Shown: positions 21,998-35,632, counted from the first letter of the stretch. The stretch is DNA of 64,000 nucleotides from Nageia nagi (GCA_050084985.1 JBITNC010000002.1:37820001-37884000), one strand, 5' to 3'. A program made the numbers and translations. Notes: generated by a model not told the origin, from the letters alone.

Positions 21998-23589
21998 CAC
22001 ACACACACACACATAGTTCTTATAGGCTAAATATCATAGAAGATGAGACTCATTTTCTCTTTTTTTTATCCATTCTACAAAGTCATGAGAGAAAGTTACA
22101 AAGGTATTTGTGATTATAACTTAATGCATGAATTCTTTAACCAAAATCATCAAAATAAGTCTGGCAATTTTAATATACAACTTAATTACATGAAAAAAAA
22201 TCATTCAGTTACTTAATTGATATATTTTCTTTTCTTGTCTAGACAAATTTTGATCGGTCCTACAAGCCTTTAGGTTTAAAAGGATGACAAAACACACACA
22301 CACACACACACACACACATGCAATTGGATTGAATTCATAGAAGCCCACACTCAAACAATGAAAAGTATAATTTACAAAGGGTAAGGGAAACTAACCTTTT
22401 GGGCTCATGTGCTAAACTTCAAAATAAATACTTAAATAGGCAAGAAGGGTTGATGCCAAAACATTTGAGGTATGTTTTCTCAACCTTCATTATAAATACA
22501 TAATTATAGACTTAGATGCTTTATTTCTATCAAATTGAGTCTGAATAGTTAAATCTTATATATTTATATAATGTTGCTTGAGCTACACTAATTTATTTCA
22601 TTGTTGTAGGAAACAAAAGGAAATGACTTTTAAAAGAAAATAACATTGACATAACTTTTCTAACCTAGATGATCTTATTCGGTAACATAAGACATGTTAC
22701 ATAATTTTAGTAAGTTTAGATCTTCCTAATACGAGTGTTGTTTCTTCCTTCTAACAACTTTCATTTGTGCCACATTAATCAATACTTTTCTTTGAGAATT
22801 TGCTCCTCTGATATTAGAACTTATCGATTCTTGACTACTTTGTTGATTAGTACTTTTCTTTTAAAAATTTGCTCCTTTGATATAAGAACCTATCAATTCT
22901 TGACTATTTTGCTTGAGAGGTGGTTTACTCATTCATATTATATATGTATGTGACTATCAACCAATAGGATATCGATAAGATGGTATCATTTGAATATATT
23001 AGTACCAAATTATCAACTCTATTATTTGATAATTTAATATTTGACTTTGTAAATTCCTAATGTATGAATACATGTTATGCATTACTTTACAAACTCTTTA
23101 TCTCTTCTTACCTTGTCTCAATATTTTTTGTTCCTCAATAGTATAAAGCATTTCCTTTACTTCTTAATCATCATGCGAGAGGAGTTGGAGAGGCAAGTGA
23201 GTGTTAAAACTCTCAAGTTGAAAGAAAGAGGCTCGAGGTTCCAATCTTTCCTCTTTCACATATTGTGGATATGTTTAATCTAATCAATGGTTTCTAGGTA
23301 ATATGAATGTGGCCAAATGCACCTTCCGAACAACTTTAATGAAAGATAATTTTTAACAACAAAAAAAAAAAAAAAAAACTTCCTTAGACAAAGTTTGTAA
23401 TTCATTTAAATATGAAAATTATAATAAATTTTCTTCTAGAATGTTACCAACACCAATCAAAGATTTGGAATCCCTCACCCTAGTCCAATTTAAGGTAGGA
23501 TTGATATTTTAATACTTTTAAATCTGATTGTTTGTTAAACAAACACCACTTGACCGGAATCCCAACGAAATTTAGAAACTAGCAAATTT

Positions 23590-24110
23590 CCCGGAGTGGG
23601 CCTTTGACTCTGCTGACGTGGATCTCAATATCCTGTCTGGGCAAGAATCGACCATGCTGACGTGGACATTAAAATACTGTTCCAAGATGGCAATTACAGC
23701 CTGGCATCTACACACGGTCCAGACGCGTATTTCGGGGTCAACAAATCATGGAGACATCAAACCTCAACGCCACGTCAGACAACCATGGCCGGAACCCGTC
23801 GAAATCAGAACGCCACGTCAGAAGGGATAATAGTTCGAAACCGTCACACTGCTGTCGCCATTAAGGATACGCGTGTGGAGCCCACCACTATATTTTTCTT
23901 CAATCTCGCGACGGGTGGAACGACGTCCGCCGTCGGATCGCCACGCGTGCTGTGGGGAGCTCTGTTGGGAACAGCTGGAGGCCTGCGGCCAATCCGTTTC
24001 GTTGGTCGAGGACGAGGCCGACGGACGGTCAGGATTGGCGCTGCTCAGGCAGAAATTGCGTGCAAGATAACTGTGAGCGGAGGGGTTCGATCGCTGGGGC
24101 GATAAGTCCG
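23590..24110 (+). promoter_or_regulatory. CpG-rich promoter-like island upstream of the PP2C gene with four TGACGTGG/CCACGTCA bZIP-type sites and ACGCGT boxes
   Basis: Locally GC- and CpG-rich in a CpG-depleted window. TGACGTGG at 23614 and 23658, CCACGTCA at 23770 and 23813, several ACGCGT. Link to PP2C is inferred from position. Confidence 0.6.
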
Positions 24111-25495
24111 TTGAAGTATAGTGTATACGAGGGTTTTAAATTTGGATGGATTTTGTGTTTTTGACGGCATTCATATCTGTATTTGAATTTAGGCCTTCGG
24201 TTTGAGGAAGTATTGCTTGTGTTTTCTGTTTTTCGCTGCGTGGAGTTGAAGTTTTTCGAGTATTTTGCAGTTTTTTGAAGCCGACGTTTTGAAGTTTTTG
24301 TGCTGTTTACAAGTTTTGGCCAGTGTATGAACGTATTTGGAGATTTTGGTGGTGATATAGCCATTTGGGTTTATAGATGAATTTGAAGGTGTATTGGTGT
24401 TTCTGACGGCCGTTTGAAAGGCGTTTCAAGCTTCTAGTGGTGATTTGGGGTCAAATTTGAGCTTCTGGGGTTCTTTTAGAGTAGTCTTCAAGCTTTCGTG
24501 GCGATTTGGAGCAGTTTGAAGTTTTCGCTTGTGATTGGAGCTGTATTTTTTGAGGTATTTAGTGTTTTCTGTTGATATTCATGTATTCTTAGTTCCTCGC
24601 AACTTTTCGTCATCATTTTGGAGCATCCTCGGAGTCTTTATCGTAGTCAATCGGAGAAATTAAAAGTCTTTATCGGTATTTTGAGGGCTTTCTAGATTTT
24701 GAGTTGTAGCTTTGAGCTATTTTTAACTCTGGTGCTGATATCCGGCGATTTTCAGTTTTCTAGCTCTCTTTTCAATGCGATCAGTTTTTTACCGCATTTT
24801 AGAGCAGATTTATCGTTTTCAGCTCTCAATCGGTCATTTTCAGGGTCTGGCAGTCGGATATTGTGGAGTCCATACAAATAATTTTTTCCATGGCAAATTT
24901 TACTTTACGTGAAAAATAATTTAATGAAACAAAATACATTCGAATATGCACCTCCGAGTGTTAATTAATGCATTTGTTGAAAAAGTCGCAGCTTGTAGCT
25001 GTTGACAGCATTGCATTGTTTACAAATTGAAATCGTCTTAGCCGCAATAATGAAAGTGGTGGTAACGAATTCAAATTATTTGACTATTTCAATCTTTTGA
25101 CTGAAGAATCTTTAAATTTCGCCTTCGAAAACCTTCTAGTAGTCACACCTTCATACCTGATTTTGATCAAGGTACGAATTATTCAATGCTACTGTAGAGA
25201 ATAATTACTTTGTCTAGAATATGTCTCATTGTCTTAACTTTCTTTATACTGGAGAAGTTTCTTAGATCTGAAATAAAATCCTATGTAGTCCTGGGTCATA
25301 TGCTTTTTGACTATGGCCTTTCTAGTTGCAATGAGGGATACGTGAACATAGGTCGGGTTCTTGCTAATGTCTCTTTTAGAATACAATCTCTTTGGCAAGT
25401 CTCCATTTCAGATGTAGGTTATGTTGCTTGGCAATTATTAACTGGTATAAGCCACATTTTCTTGTACAGTTTGATAATAGGGCATCCGTTTTGTA

Positions 25496-25664
25496 AATTT
25501 TGATAATTTAGGAATCGCATTCTCTCAATCGACGATCGTGAGGTATTTTCTCTCAAGCTGCTTATGAGAAGGAATTTTTGATAATTTAGGAATCGCATTC
25601 TCTCAATCGACGATCGTGAGGTATTTTCTCTCAAGCTGCTTATGAGAAGGAATTTTTGATAATT
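25496..25664. repeat. Perfect 78-bp tandem duplication
   Basis: TGATAATTTAGGAATCGCATTCTCTCAATCGACG... at 25501 and 25579, with a partial third start at 25657. Confidence 0.92.
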
Positions 25665-26538
25665 AACAGCATATTAAGTTACTAAGATTCCTGTCATTTT
25701 ATTTTTAGCTTCAATGATTACAGTCATACTTTCTTGTATTCCCTTCTTATATGTAATTTATTTTTTCATCACGGCAAAGTTCAAGCTTAAAGGAAGAAAG
25801 TTTTCCACTTTTCCCATTACAGTGAAGGGATTGAATTTTTCATTTGTAAAACATACAGCAGCCAGCTTCAATCGCTGTTAATCTGTACTAGGGAAAAATA
25901 AACCTTGTATTTCTTCCTATTCAGAGGGAGATTTATTGGCTATCTGACTTTCTTTTTTTATAGACTGCTAGCATCATTGGAAACATAAACCTTGAATTTT
26001 CATGTGAGCATTTAAGATTGAGGTGTCTTTCCATTTCTTCATAGGCAGGGGGAGATTCATCTGTGATTGCCCTTTTTTGTAGAATGGTTGTGTTAATTAG
26101 AGCAATCTAATTTAATTAGGATCTTAGGACATTTTCTGGTTAATGTTTTAGCTTGGAAAATTTCAAAATTTATTTTCTGATTGAAAATTTGACATTAAAA
26201 TTTCCGGTTTCTCATTCAGATTGGAAATTTGACATTAAAATTTTCTGGTTAATGTTTTTTTATTGGATACCAATCTGAATAAATTGCTCTGATTTATAAT
26301 ATTAGGACCAGCATTTTCACATTATAAGTACACTGGATAGTGCTACGTTGAACCCCGTTTCATCCTTTTTGCACTTTTTCTATACAGAAAATATAAAGGC
26401 TTTTGACCCTAAGCGAGGGAGCGGAGATTGTAGATTTATGTTTTGCCTTGTGATTTGATTTTTGGAGCACAATTCTAAGGATTTTGTAAAAGTTATGATT
26501 TGGAAGCTGTCAGAAGAAGAAAATTGCAAGGAAGGATC

Positions 26539-26615
26539 ATGAGTTATCTCAGTACTGTCTTCTCCATGAGGGACACAAAACTTGACAGTGCTCCTGTCAG
26601 TGGTTCAGGCCTCAG
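26539..26615 (+). CDS. PP2C coding exon 1
   Basis: [25 protein letters not shown](S); donor AG|GTTTG. Confidence 0.85.
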
Positions 26616-29600
26616 GTTTGTTCTCTTTCAACTTAAATTGAGTAGAATTTTCAGAGACTTTAATTTTTTGATATGCAAGTTCTTCAATGGAATTAACTTT
26701 CATGCAGCAGTTTTATATCTCTACATATACTTGGATTCTAAAGAATTGTAGATGAAAGTTTATAGGAGTATCAGAATTGTTCTTTGAACTTCATTGAACA
26801 AACGATGATCTGAAATACGAGAGAGATTCTTAGAACATAATACTTGTCAGACTTTACAAAAACTAACTTCTTCTAATATCTAGCCTGCAATTTGGTTGGA
26901 AAATAATAACCCTTGATGTCAAATGACTTATATTCTAAACATAGATTGTTAAAGAAAACATGCATCTAGATGTAGAAAGCATATTCTATACAAAATAGTT
27001 GTCCACTTTGTTCAATAAACTTGTCTTCACAGCGAAAATTCTATAGAGAATTAGTATAAGTATTGAGTGTGTATTAGCCCTAAGCAAAAAGTTATTCGGA
27101 GTTATGCATTGGGTGTGATTTTGTTGGTTTGGGTACAGTTAGGCACATTCAATGCTTCAAGCATCAATCTTGTAATTGGTGCTGAGATAGATGCAGGCTT
27201 GTTTTGATCTTTTCATGCCATTGTTGGGTGTGATTGTGTTTAACTAGGTATGGTTAGATAAGGACTTCCTTGTTTTGGACATCTCATGCCATCGTCGTGC
27301 AGAACTATGGGACACTAAACTTTTATATCTTTGACTTTCAAACAATGTCATAAACCGAACAGTTCACTTTAAAGATTTTTCTCATAACAAGATGTAAATG
27401 ATTAATTTGTAACTTTTTCTTTTCTTTTTTTTGAGTATTTAGGTGTCCTGTAGAAGAAAGTTCAATTGTGATGTATGTGTGTAGCATGTTTTATAGATGT
27501 CAGTAATCAGATACGTGAATCAAATTAGAGGAGGTGGTCATTTTGTCAGATGCATATGAAACATAAGTCTACGTACCCTTGTCATGGACAAAACATTAAA
27601 TATACGTGCGTAACATTAGATAATTTTGCATATATGTTTGGTTATATGCCATTGCTATAGAATAATGCACCAAGGGTTTTCTGTGGACATTAACATGCAT
27701 TCTGTGTGCCTTGGGCAGTGAGGATCGTAAGTTCAGCTATGGATATGCAAGTTCACCTGGAAAAAGATCTTCAATGGAAGATTTCTTTGATACACAGATT
27801 TGTGGTGTTGATGGTCAGTTAGTTGGCTTATTTGGAGTATTTGATGGTATGAACTTGGAAATGTTATGTTTTTTGTACAATTTTTACATGCCCTGTCCTA
27901 CTTCATTTCATGCAGAGTGTGGCAACATATTTTTGGTAGAATTTTTACATGCTCTGTCCAATATGTTTTAGGCCATGGTGGATCTCGAGCAGCAGAATAT
28001 GTGAAGCAATATCTGTTTCTTAATTTGAGAAACCATCCAAAATTTATCAGTGATACAAAGTTGGCAATAGGTAAAGCTTCCAGTTACATATAAAAACACA
28101 AGCCTGAAACATTTTACTTTTAATACTTCTGTTTATTTTCATGTTTAATAATTATTCTTTGTTTGAAATTGTGCAGCTGATGCTTACAAGCAAACTGATT
28201 CCGATTTTCTGAAGGTAGAGAATAATCAACACAGAGATGCTGGCTCAACTGCATCGACTGCTGTTCTTGTTGGGAATAGATTGCTGGTAGCTAATGTTGG
28301 TGACTCTCGAGCTGTTGTTTGCAGGGATGGCAAAGGTAACTTCAATCCATGTAGCCATTTTCTTTGGAGGAATATATTAGACTGAAATAATAAATTTGAT
28401 CTCTGCTAATTTCTTATGTTAAGAGAATAAGTTAAAATTCCTTTTCACCTTTTGAAAAATCCTTCAGTTAATTACTGTACATTTCATGCCTTTTTATATC
28501 ATCCTTTTGTCTTTGCTCTTTATTTTTGTCTTTATGTTTTACTTATTCACTAGATACTAGCTAGAACCTAGAAGGAAATTTTTTTTGATGTAGACAAAAA
28601 CTACAAATATGGAGTCTGATGTGGCAGCTTTGGGAGTAATTTGTATAAGATTAAGGCAATTGATAAATTATCATATGTAATGTTTCTGATGTGAGAACAA
28701 TTACTAAAAGAAGTTATCTGATATTCCTTGTTGACAATGTATTTTTCCCAGTTAAAATTTTCTATTTTTTACATGCTTTCCCCATCAGTGGCCTGTTCCT
28801 TCCCTAAGTTTAGCATTTATTTATGTGGATTTTGTTATTAAGTAATAGCTTGCCACAACAGACAAACTCGGCAAACGAGATCCTCCTTTTACTAAGACGT
28901 CTTGTGCTGATGTTAGTGGTGACAAATAAAGTTTTGGTGGGTGAAACAAAAGTGCATTTACGAATTTCACTGGTAGAAATGAGTTTTGAATTCTGTCTGT
29001 TCGTTCTGCATATCTACAATATGTTCCAATTCCTATCTGTTTCACTTTTAGATACCATTTCTCCTGTTTTTATGCCTGTAGGTGTATCATTGATGTTCTT
29101 TAGATTGTTTGGTAAACTTTTTGACACCATCCTGCATATGCATTCTTACTTTATGAAAGGAGTACAGCGTGAAATCTGTATCCTTACCCATCTTAATAAT
29201 ATTTTGTTACTCATCTGCTTCTATATTGTTTTCATTTTGAAATATTAATAATCAATGCGGAGATGCTGGCTCAACTGCATCTTTGTCTAAATTGTAAACA
29301 TTTCTTGGTAACAGCTGTTGCTCTTTCGAGGGACCATAAACCAAATCAAAGCGATGAGCGACAACGAATAGAGGATGCTGGAGGATTTGTCATGTGGGCT
29401 GGTAATTATAGAAACGTACCAATTTAACTTGAATATTCTGTAGGAAAGTATTATGTTTGTTTTGTCGGTTCAAGGATAAATTATTATAACTTATCCTATA
29501 TACAAGAAAGCTTAATTGCAGAATTTAAATAAACACAGGTACGTGGCGGGTTGGTGGTGTACTTGCTGTCTCACGAGCATTTGGTGATAGGCTTTTGAAG

Positions 29601-31615
29601 CAGTATGTTGTAGCTGAACCAGAAATTCAGGTATAACCAGGTTAAATTTTGACATAAATGTATGTCCTTTTTTTATTGTTTTATCTATTTGCAAGAAATT
29701 GAATACTGTTAACAATGAAACAAATTTTATTATGTAAGCTTCAATTTTATTTTTGAATTAAGATATAAATGGATTCAACATTGACAGACAAATATTTTGT
29801 TTTGGAATTGGTTTCTTTCCCATATTGTGTGTAACAGATGAGAAAGAAACCTTATAATGTTATGCATTTGATTTGAGTATTCAAATTATAGCCCAAACCT
29901 TTGTAATATGATTTATGCTCTTACACTTCTACGTCTCTATTGTCTGGGGTCATGGTGTTATTTTCTGTAAATTTCACTAGCGCCCCCAAGTATCATGAAA
30001 TTAGAAGTGCCAACAGAATATAGCCGAAGGCCCTAATGTGTTCATATGTTTTCTAAAGGAGTCGCATATTTGCTAGTTGAGTCATTACCCTTGAACAATT
30101 AACTTTGATTTTTATAAAGCTAGTCTTTGGATCAGTTTGACTTATCTGTCAATTTCACATAGCATTCCAAGTATTCTTGAAATTAGAAATGGCAAGCGAA
30201 TATAGCCAAAGGTCCCAATGGAGCAATGCAGTTGTATATGTTTCCTGAATGAGCCTTGTATTCTCCAGTTGAAATTAGAAATTGGAGCAATGCATTATGC
30301 GATTGTATGTTAGCTGAATGAGCCGTACATCCTTCAGTTGAACCATTGCCTCGTACAATTAGCTTTTGATTTTTGTGGCTAGTCTTTGGGCTTGTTGACT
30401 TTTCTATGGGATTGGGCCTTTTCCAATGAGCTTCGCTAAAATGGTTCAGTATGAAAATTAAACAAATTTTAATAAATAGTTGTGCAAAACATTTTAAATG
30501 AGTGGTTAGCTTGAATGAACATATTTACATCTAGTTGGAGAATTCCACAACAATATTAGTTAGCTTCATAACATATTAAGTGGTTAATGTTTTCCATTAA
30601 TGGTTAACAAATAGGATTGGTAGCATTTACATCGATAAAATTTGGTATAAAGTTCACAGTAGTAACTATAAGAGAATTCCATTGTGGTAAGTTGGGATGT
30701 TCGCAAATTTACCAGATTTTCATGTTAGGGATATTTCATAGAGACATCTATGGACAGTGATTCTAAATCGTATACCTGAGTTCAACAAATATTTGGTTTT
30801 GATTTGCTTGTCATCATTAATGTGGAGAACAGCACGTCCAAAAGATGCCAAGAAAATTTGTTATTCAAATAGAATCGATCTCATGTTGAACATTGATGAT
30901 CTGAATATTATCATGTCTTTCTACCATTCATAAAGAGTTATGTTATCAATAGCAATTAGCATCCATCTTACATAGCGAATCAAGGCATATGGAGTACATG
31001 ATTATAGCAGTTACTAAAGTTGTGTCGTGTTATGATTGTCAACACTTAAAAGATGATTTGATTAAGAAAGTGACTGAAAAAGTCTTTTAGTGCATTTAAC
31101 TTCAAATCATTCTCTTCAAGACATTGATCTTGAGTGGCTTAGATTAGCTTTCGAAATTGATCAGGTTGTGGTTCTTATTTTTACATTGATTCTAAAAATG
31201 TCTCGGATAATAATACAAGTCAACTATTGTATGTTTTGAATTAGCAGGAAGAGGTCATTAGTGATGGTGTTGAATTTCTCATCCTTGCAAGCGATGGACT
31301 GTGGGATGTTGTTTCTAATCAGGTTCAGGAAACTTGTTTAATTTTATGGATATTATAAGGTTCAATAGGTTTTATTTGCTTAGATGGTTGTCTTCTATGG
31401 AGGAATGGTTATATCATTCATGCAGTAGAAACCCTTTTTAAATATGGACAAGTGTCTCATTTTCTTGCTGCTGTCATTACCCACAGGATGCAGTTGCTAT
31501 GGTTCAGCATATTGACGATCCAGAGTATGCTGCAAAGAGACTTACAGAAGAAGCATATCGGAAAGGCAGTGCGGATAATATTACTTGTGTTGTTGTACGC
31601 TTTCATCACAAGTAA
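26539..31615 (+). CDS. Protein phosphatase 2C, clade F type (similar to Arabidopsis WIN2-like PP2Cs); 8 coding exons, 281 aa
   Basis: join(26539-26615,27719-27846,27972-28070,28177-28335,29315-29401,29539-29630,31248-31322,31487-31615) = 846 nt. All introns GT-AG and in phase. Motifs [70 protein letters not shown]. Confidence 0.96.
27719..27846 (+). CDS. PP2C coding exon 2
   Basis: [23 protein letters not shown]...GLFGVFD. Confidence 0.95.
27972..28070 (+). CDS. PP2C coding exon 3
   Basis: [33 protein letters not shown]. Confidence 0.95.
28177..28335 (+). CDS. PP2C coding exon 4
   Basis: [53 protein letters not shown]. Confidence 0.95.
29315..29401 (+). CDS. PP2C coding exon 5
   Basis: [29 protein letters not shown]. 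Confidence 0.95.
29539..29630 (+). CDS. PP2C coding exon 6
   Basis: [31 protein letters not shown]. Confidence 0.95.
29986..30400. repeat. Old diverged tandem duplication in PP2C intron 6
   Basis: CCAAGTAT..TGAAATTAGAA.TG..AA..GAATATAGCC.AAGG...GCTAGTCTTTGG occurs at ~29986 and ~30167. Confidence 0.6.
31248..31322 (+). CDS. PP2C coding exon 7
   Basis: [25 protein letters not shown]; TAGCAG tandem acceptor. Confidence 0.93.
31487..31615 (+). CDS. PP2C coding exon 8
   Basis: [42 protein letters not shown]. Confidence 0.95.
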   Translation, partial: DAVAMVQHIDDPEYAAKRLTEEAYRKGSADNITCVVVRFHHK

Positions 31616-34600
31616 TGTAGGCCTTGTGATTCTTCTGTAGTTGACCATCTGTTGTGATTAATGACGATTATATTCTTGTCTATAGAATGAATTATTGCTT
31701 TAGCATTGCATGTCTAATATGATTCCGGCCCTTATCCATTTGTATTGTGCATATTAGAGTAGATGTTTTGATCAATTTTTTTGATCATCTAGCTGATTTG
31801 GTTAACTACAGCCATTTGTTATCCACAAGGCAAGGCTTTGCATTTCATTGTCTATGTACTCTTGGTTAGAGTCCTCTGAATTGTGCAGAGATCGATTCTA
31901 TTCTTAATTAAATAAATATAGATGATTCCATGTGTTGAAGACAGTCAGCTTTGAAAGGAGAACGAATGTCTTACTGCCAGGTTTATTGATGAATTTGGGT
32001 ACTATGATTGCAATTCAAATCTATTAAAATATCATTGATTTTGAAATTATATTAAAAATGGCAATATCTGAATACTTTTAACCGCTAATCAGTTATGCTT
32101 CTTGATTATAATGAAGAGTTAAATTCAGTATGGTTTACTAATAATATGAAATGATTGTGATGAACTAGTTTGTTTATTTAATGTTCATGAACTCGTTAAC
32201 TGCATTTAAATAAGATATTAATCTCAAATAATAATTTGCATGTGTAGATCATCTGCAGTTCCTTATCAGACTGTTGCACCAAAATTTGCAACGTTATTGA
32301 AAACTTTGAATGTTGACATCTGACAACACAATCTATAATCCACAATCTTTTTAGCATTAACATAAAGCTACCATGTTACAACTAAAAACATTGCTTCCAT
32401 GGTTTGTTGGGGCCTTCTACGCAGGGACGCATGGGTAGCTAGGGTGCATATGACCATGGAAAGTATTGTTCTGTTAATAGTGGTTCGTGTTGGAAAGTAC
32501 AATCTTTTGTGGCCTTAGCATTTGTGCCGATGTTTAATGTTTTATTGGTGCCATTTTGGAATAAATGCCACTTATGTGGCATTGGTATTTGCATGGCTTC
32601 ATTTATGTTCCATATGCTGATCAATCGATCTTGGAGTCTTATTCTAGATGTTCCTCCATGCTAAAGTGTGTGATATCTTTTGGCCTTGCTTGTTTTTGGA
32701 AGATCCACTTTTTAATGTGGAGGGATTCGAGCAAAAAAAACACCTATAAATTATTATTAGGTCAGTGGTCATTAAATATCCTTTTATGATCTACCTCATT
32801 GTCACTGTCGATCCTAACTGTTATTGTTTAACCATTATTCTAATTTTGTTGTTAGAACTATCATTATTGTCAGTATTAACTACTTTATTATCAACCTAAT
32901 GTATGTTAGTCTTGATGATATTATTAACTCATTCAACTTCTTATGTTTGATAATGAAAGTTTTATAATTAGGAAGGTTAAATGTCATTAATTGTAAAACA
33001 AAGGTTAAACAAGATGGGTAACTATTAATTTGATATGTAATTGATCATTGAATATATTGTATGTAATCTGGTTGGTATTGATATGATACTATGTTTTTTA
33101 AATTCAATGTTTTGTAGTGTTTATCAAAGTTTATTCACATATGAATATATATTATTTATTTAAATAAATGAACTTATATTATTTATTTATAAAAATGATT
33201 GTTTTTAACAAAGTAAAGATTCATAATAAAATCGTCAAGTTTGTTTGATTATTTTAGTTTAAGGATTAATGGATAAAGTTGAAATTATAAATATTATTAT
33301 AAGTTTGTTTAATTTCTTTATAAATAAGTAGATAAGAAAATGAGTTTAATCTCTTATGGTATTTAGGTTATTAAATTTACAATTTTTTTTATCTTAACAT
33401 GTTTTGAAATCATAAGATTTTATTTCATATTGATAATCTTATATGAGTAGGATGGATATTTAAGTTTTGGGTTGATGTTTTTATAGTAAATTAGTTTGTT
33501 TTCTCTTCTTTTTGATATTATTATCACTTCAAAAAATTTCAAGTACTTCAATTTGTAATTTTAATATATTTTGTTAAAATTTGTCAAAACCATAGGTTAT
33601 TATAGCAAACAACTTTTTGAGATTAATTTGAGTTTATTGCATGCATTTTTGTCAAGATTTTTAGAGGTTTTCAATTTTTAAATAAAATGTTTTTGCACAA
33701 AATACTAGATTTTGAAGGGTATTTTTTTGAATTTCGAAAGTTCTAGCATCATAAAACTTGTCCAGTATCATTAGTGTACATGTTAGGAAGTTATTTTTAA
33801 TTTTGTATAGTCAAAGTTGCATAAGTCTTCATATTTCTTATATTTTCTTGATCTTGCATTTTATTATGGCTCCAAGAGTTTTTTATGGTTTATGGAATAT
33901 GCTAGGTGAGACATGTGGATTTCATGCAAAACGAGAAACACTAGAGTGATTCAAAATATAGAAATGCTCAAACATAATGATATGTCATCCATAGATAATT
34001 ATGAATGTGATAATGATTTTGATATAGATGATGATTATATTGTTGATATAGATTATGAGCCATATATAAATGATGTTATGGATAGTTATGAAGTATATGA
34101 TATTGCATTTGAAAATTTATTGTTGGGTATTAATACATATCCTTATTTAAATTAGAAATATCATGAATTCTTATACAAATCAAGTCAGGATAATTCAAGA
34201 GTATCTCGAAATATAACGATGTCCACGTAGATTTGGTTCAACCATAAAAAATTGAAAAGGAAAAATCTTGTCAGCATGGAATAGACAAATATGAACAAGT
34301 TTTAGTGTAGTTAAATCTAGTTGATGTTCGGTTATAGGAGTATAGCAAGCAAAAAGATTTGACCCTTTGAAAAGTGTCAAATTAAGATTGAAATCCCTAA
34401 CAACATTTTGCAAAAATGCAGATCATTACATCAATTTGTACAACTTGAATTCGTTGATATTTTTGAAAGAGTAACAACTTGACAAAAAAAAATTGAAAAT
34501 CTAAATAAAGAATGTAAAATTCTTATGGAAAAATACAATAATAATGATGGTGGTGGTTCTACCGCCCTCTAGAGTATTGTAGTTTCTCATTTTGCATATC

Positions 34601-34909
34601 AAATAGAATATGATGCATCTCATATAGACGTGCACTTTCATATTAGAATACACTTCTAGGTTGTATATCACTTAGGTTAGTCCCTTGCATGCATTTGGCT
34701 ACCATGGCAAATCTTATCAAGTTTTTCAATCTTGCTATCTTCGCATCTTCATCTTTTCAATCGTTTTATGTTGCTTCTTGTTTTCTTTTTGTATCGTTTC
34801 ATCCTCATTTCATCAAGTTTTTCTTATCTTTTGTCTCTTATCAAGATTCTCAAATTTGCCATGTTAATCAAATGTCTCATGTCTAAATTAGTCTTATGTC
34901 TAGTTACTG

Positions 34910-35632
34910 TGTAGACCTCAAAATGTGCAATTATTAAATAACACATAAATAAATGGTCTACATATATACAATGATATGCTCTATATCAGATTACAACAAA
35001 TATACATGAAATGCATAAACTTGATATCAAGTGAGCAAGTTGTAAATATTTGTACAATCCTCAAAGTAGAGCAATAATGAATCTTCGAAGGACTGGGATC
35101 GAACTTCAGACAAACTTGCAATAGTGAAGCAACGAGTCATTCCTCGAAATTTGGACCTCCCGATCTAGAAGGCACACACCATTGGTTACGTGAGAGCGGT
35201 ACACTGTTGGCTGCATGGAGTTGGATGTTTCGTGTCACGTGCAAAAGGGAGAGAATTTAGAGCTTAGAGTATAACAAATTTCTCAAAATAAGTGGCGTCA
35301 AGAGACATCGTAAGTTTGATGTTTGGGACAACCACCTATCAAAAAGATCTGATAGGGATGTCAACCTCCAACTCCTGTATTTATAAACTACAAGGAAATA
35401 GAAATGAGTGAAAGTCGACAAACAACAATAACAATAATATTTTCTATATTCAAGATAATTTAAAATATAAAATCATGGTATATGATATTGCATTGGTCCT
35501 CGCACATGATATACATGATATTGCAATGTAATAACCATTTTATCTTAATTTATGCATTATTACCATTTAATGATTTAATGAGTCTAAATATGATTTATTA
35601 AATAAATAATAAATCATTTTTAGGAGTCTACA
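34910..35632 (-). repeat. 3' LTR of gypsy element
   Basis: TGTAGACCTC...GAGTCTACA; homologous to 42662-43398; followed by TTTTTTCCCTCTTT (PPT on minus strand). Confidence 0.9.

Noticed and set aside
23175-23378. tRNA-derived SINE (box-B-like GGTTCCAATC plus A-tail)
   Set aside because: No convincing box A or TSD, and only one copy in the window.
23618-24364. ORFs of 65-147 aa in the CpG island
   Set aside because: No recognisable domain, overlapping in several frames, typical of GC-rich promoter or 5'UTR sequence.
28823-29248. 141-aa ORF inside the PP2C gene
   Set aside because: Lies in intron 4, starts at a non-ATG codon, U-rich and without domain motifs.
33860-34575. Decayed DNA-transposon ORF (acidic tract plus coiled-coil-like fragments)
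   Set aside because: Looks like a ruined ORF, but I could not identify any diagnostic motif or terminal repeats.
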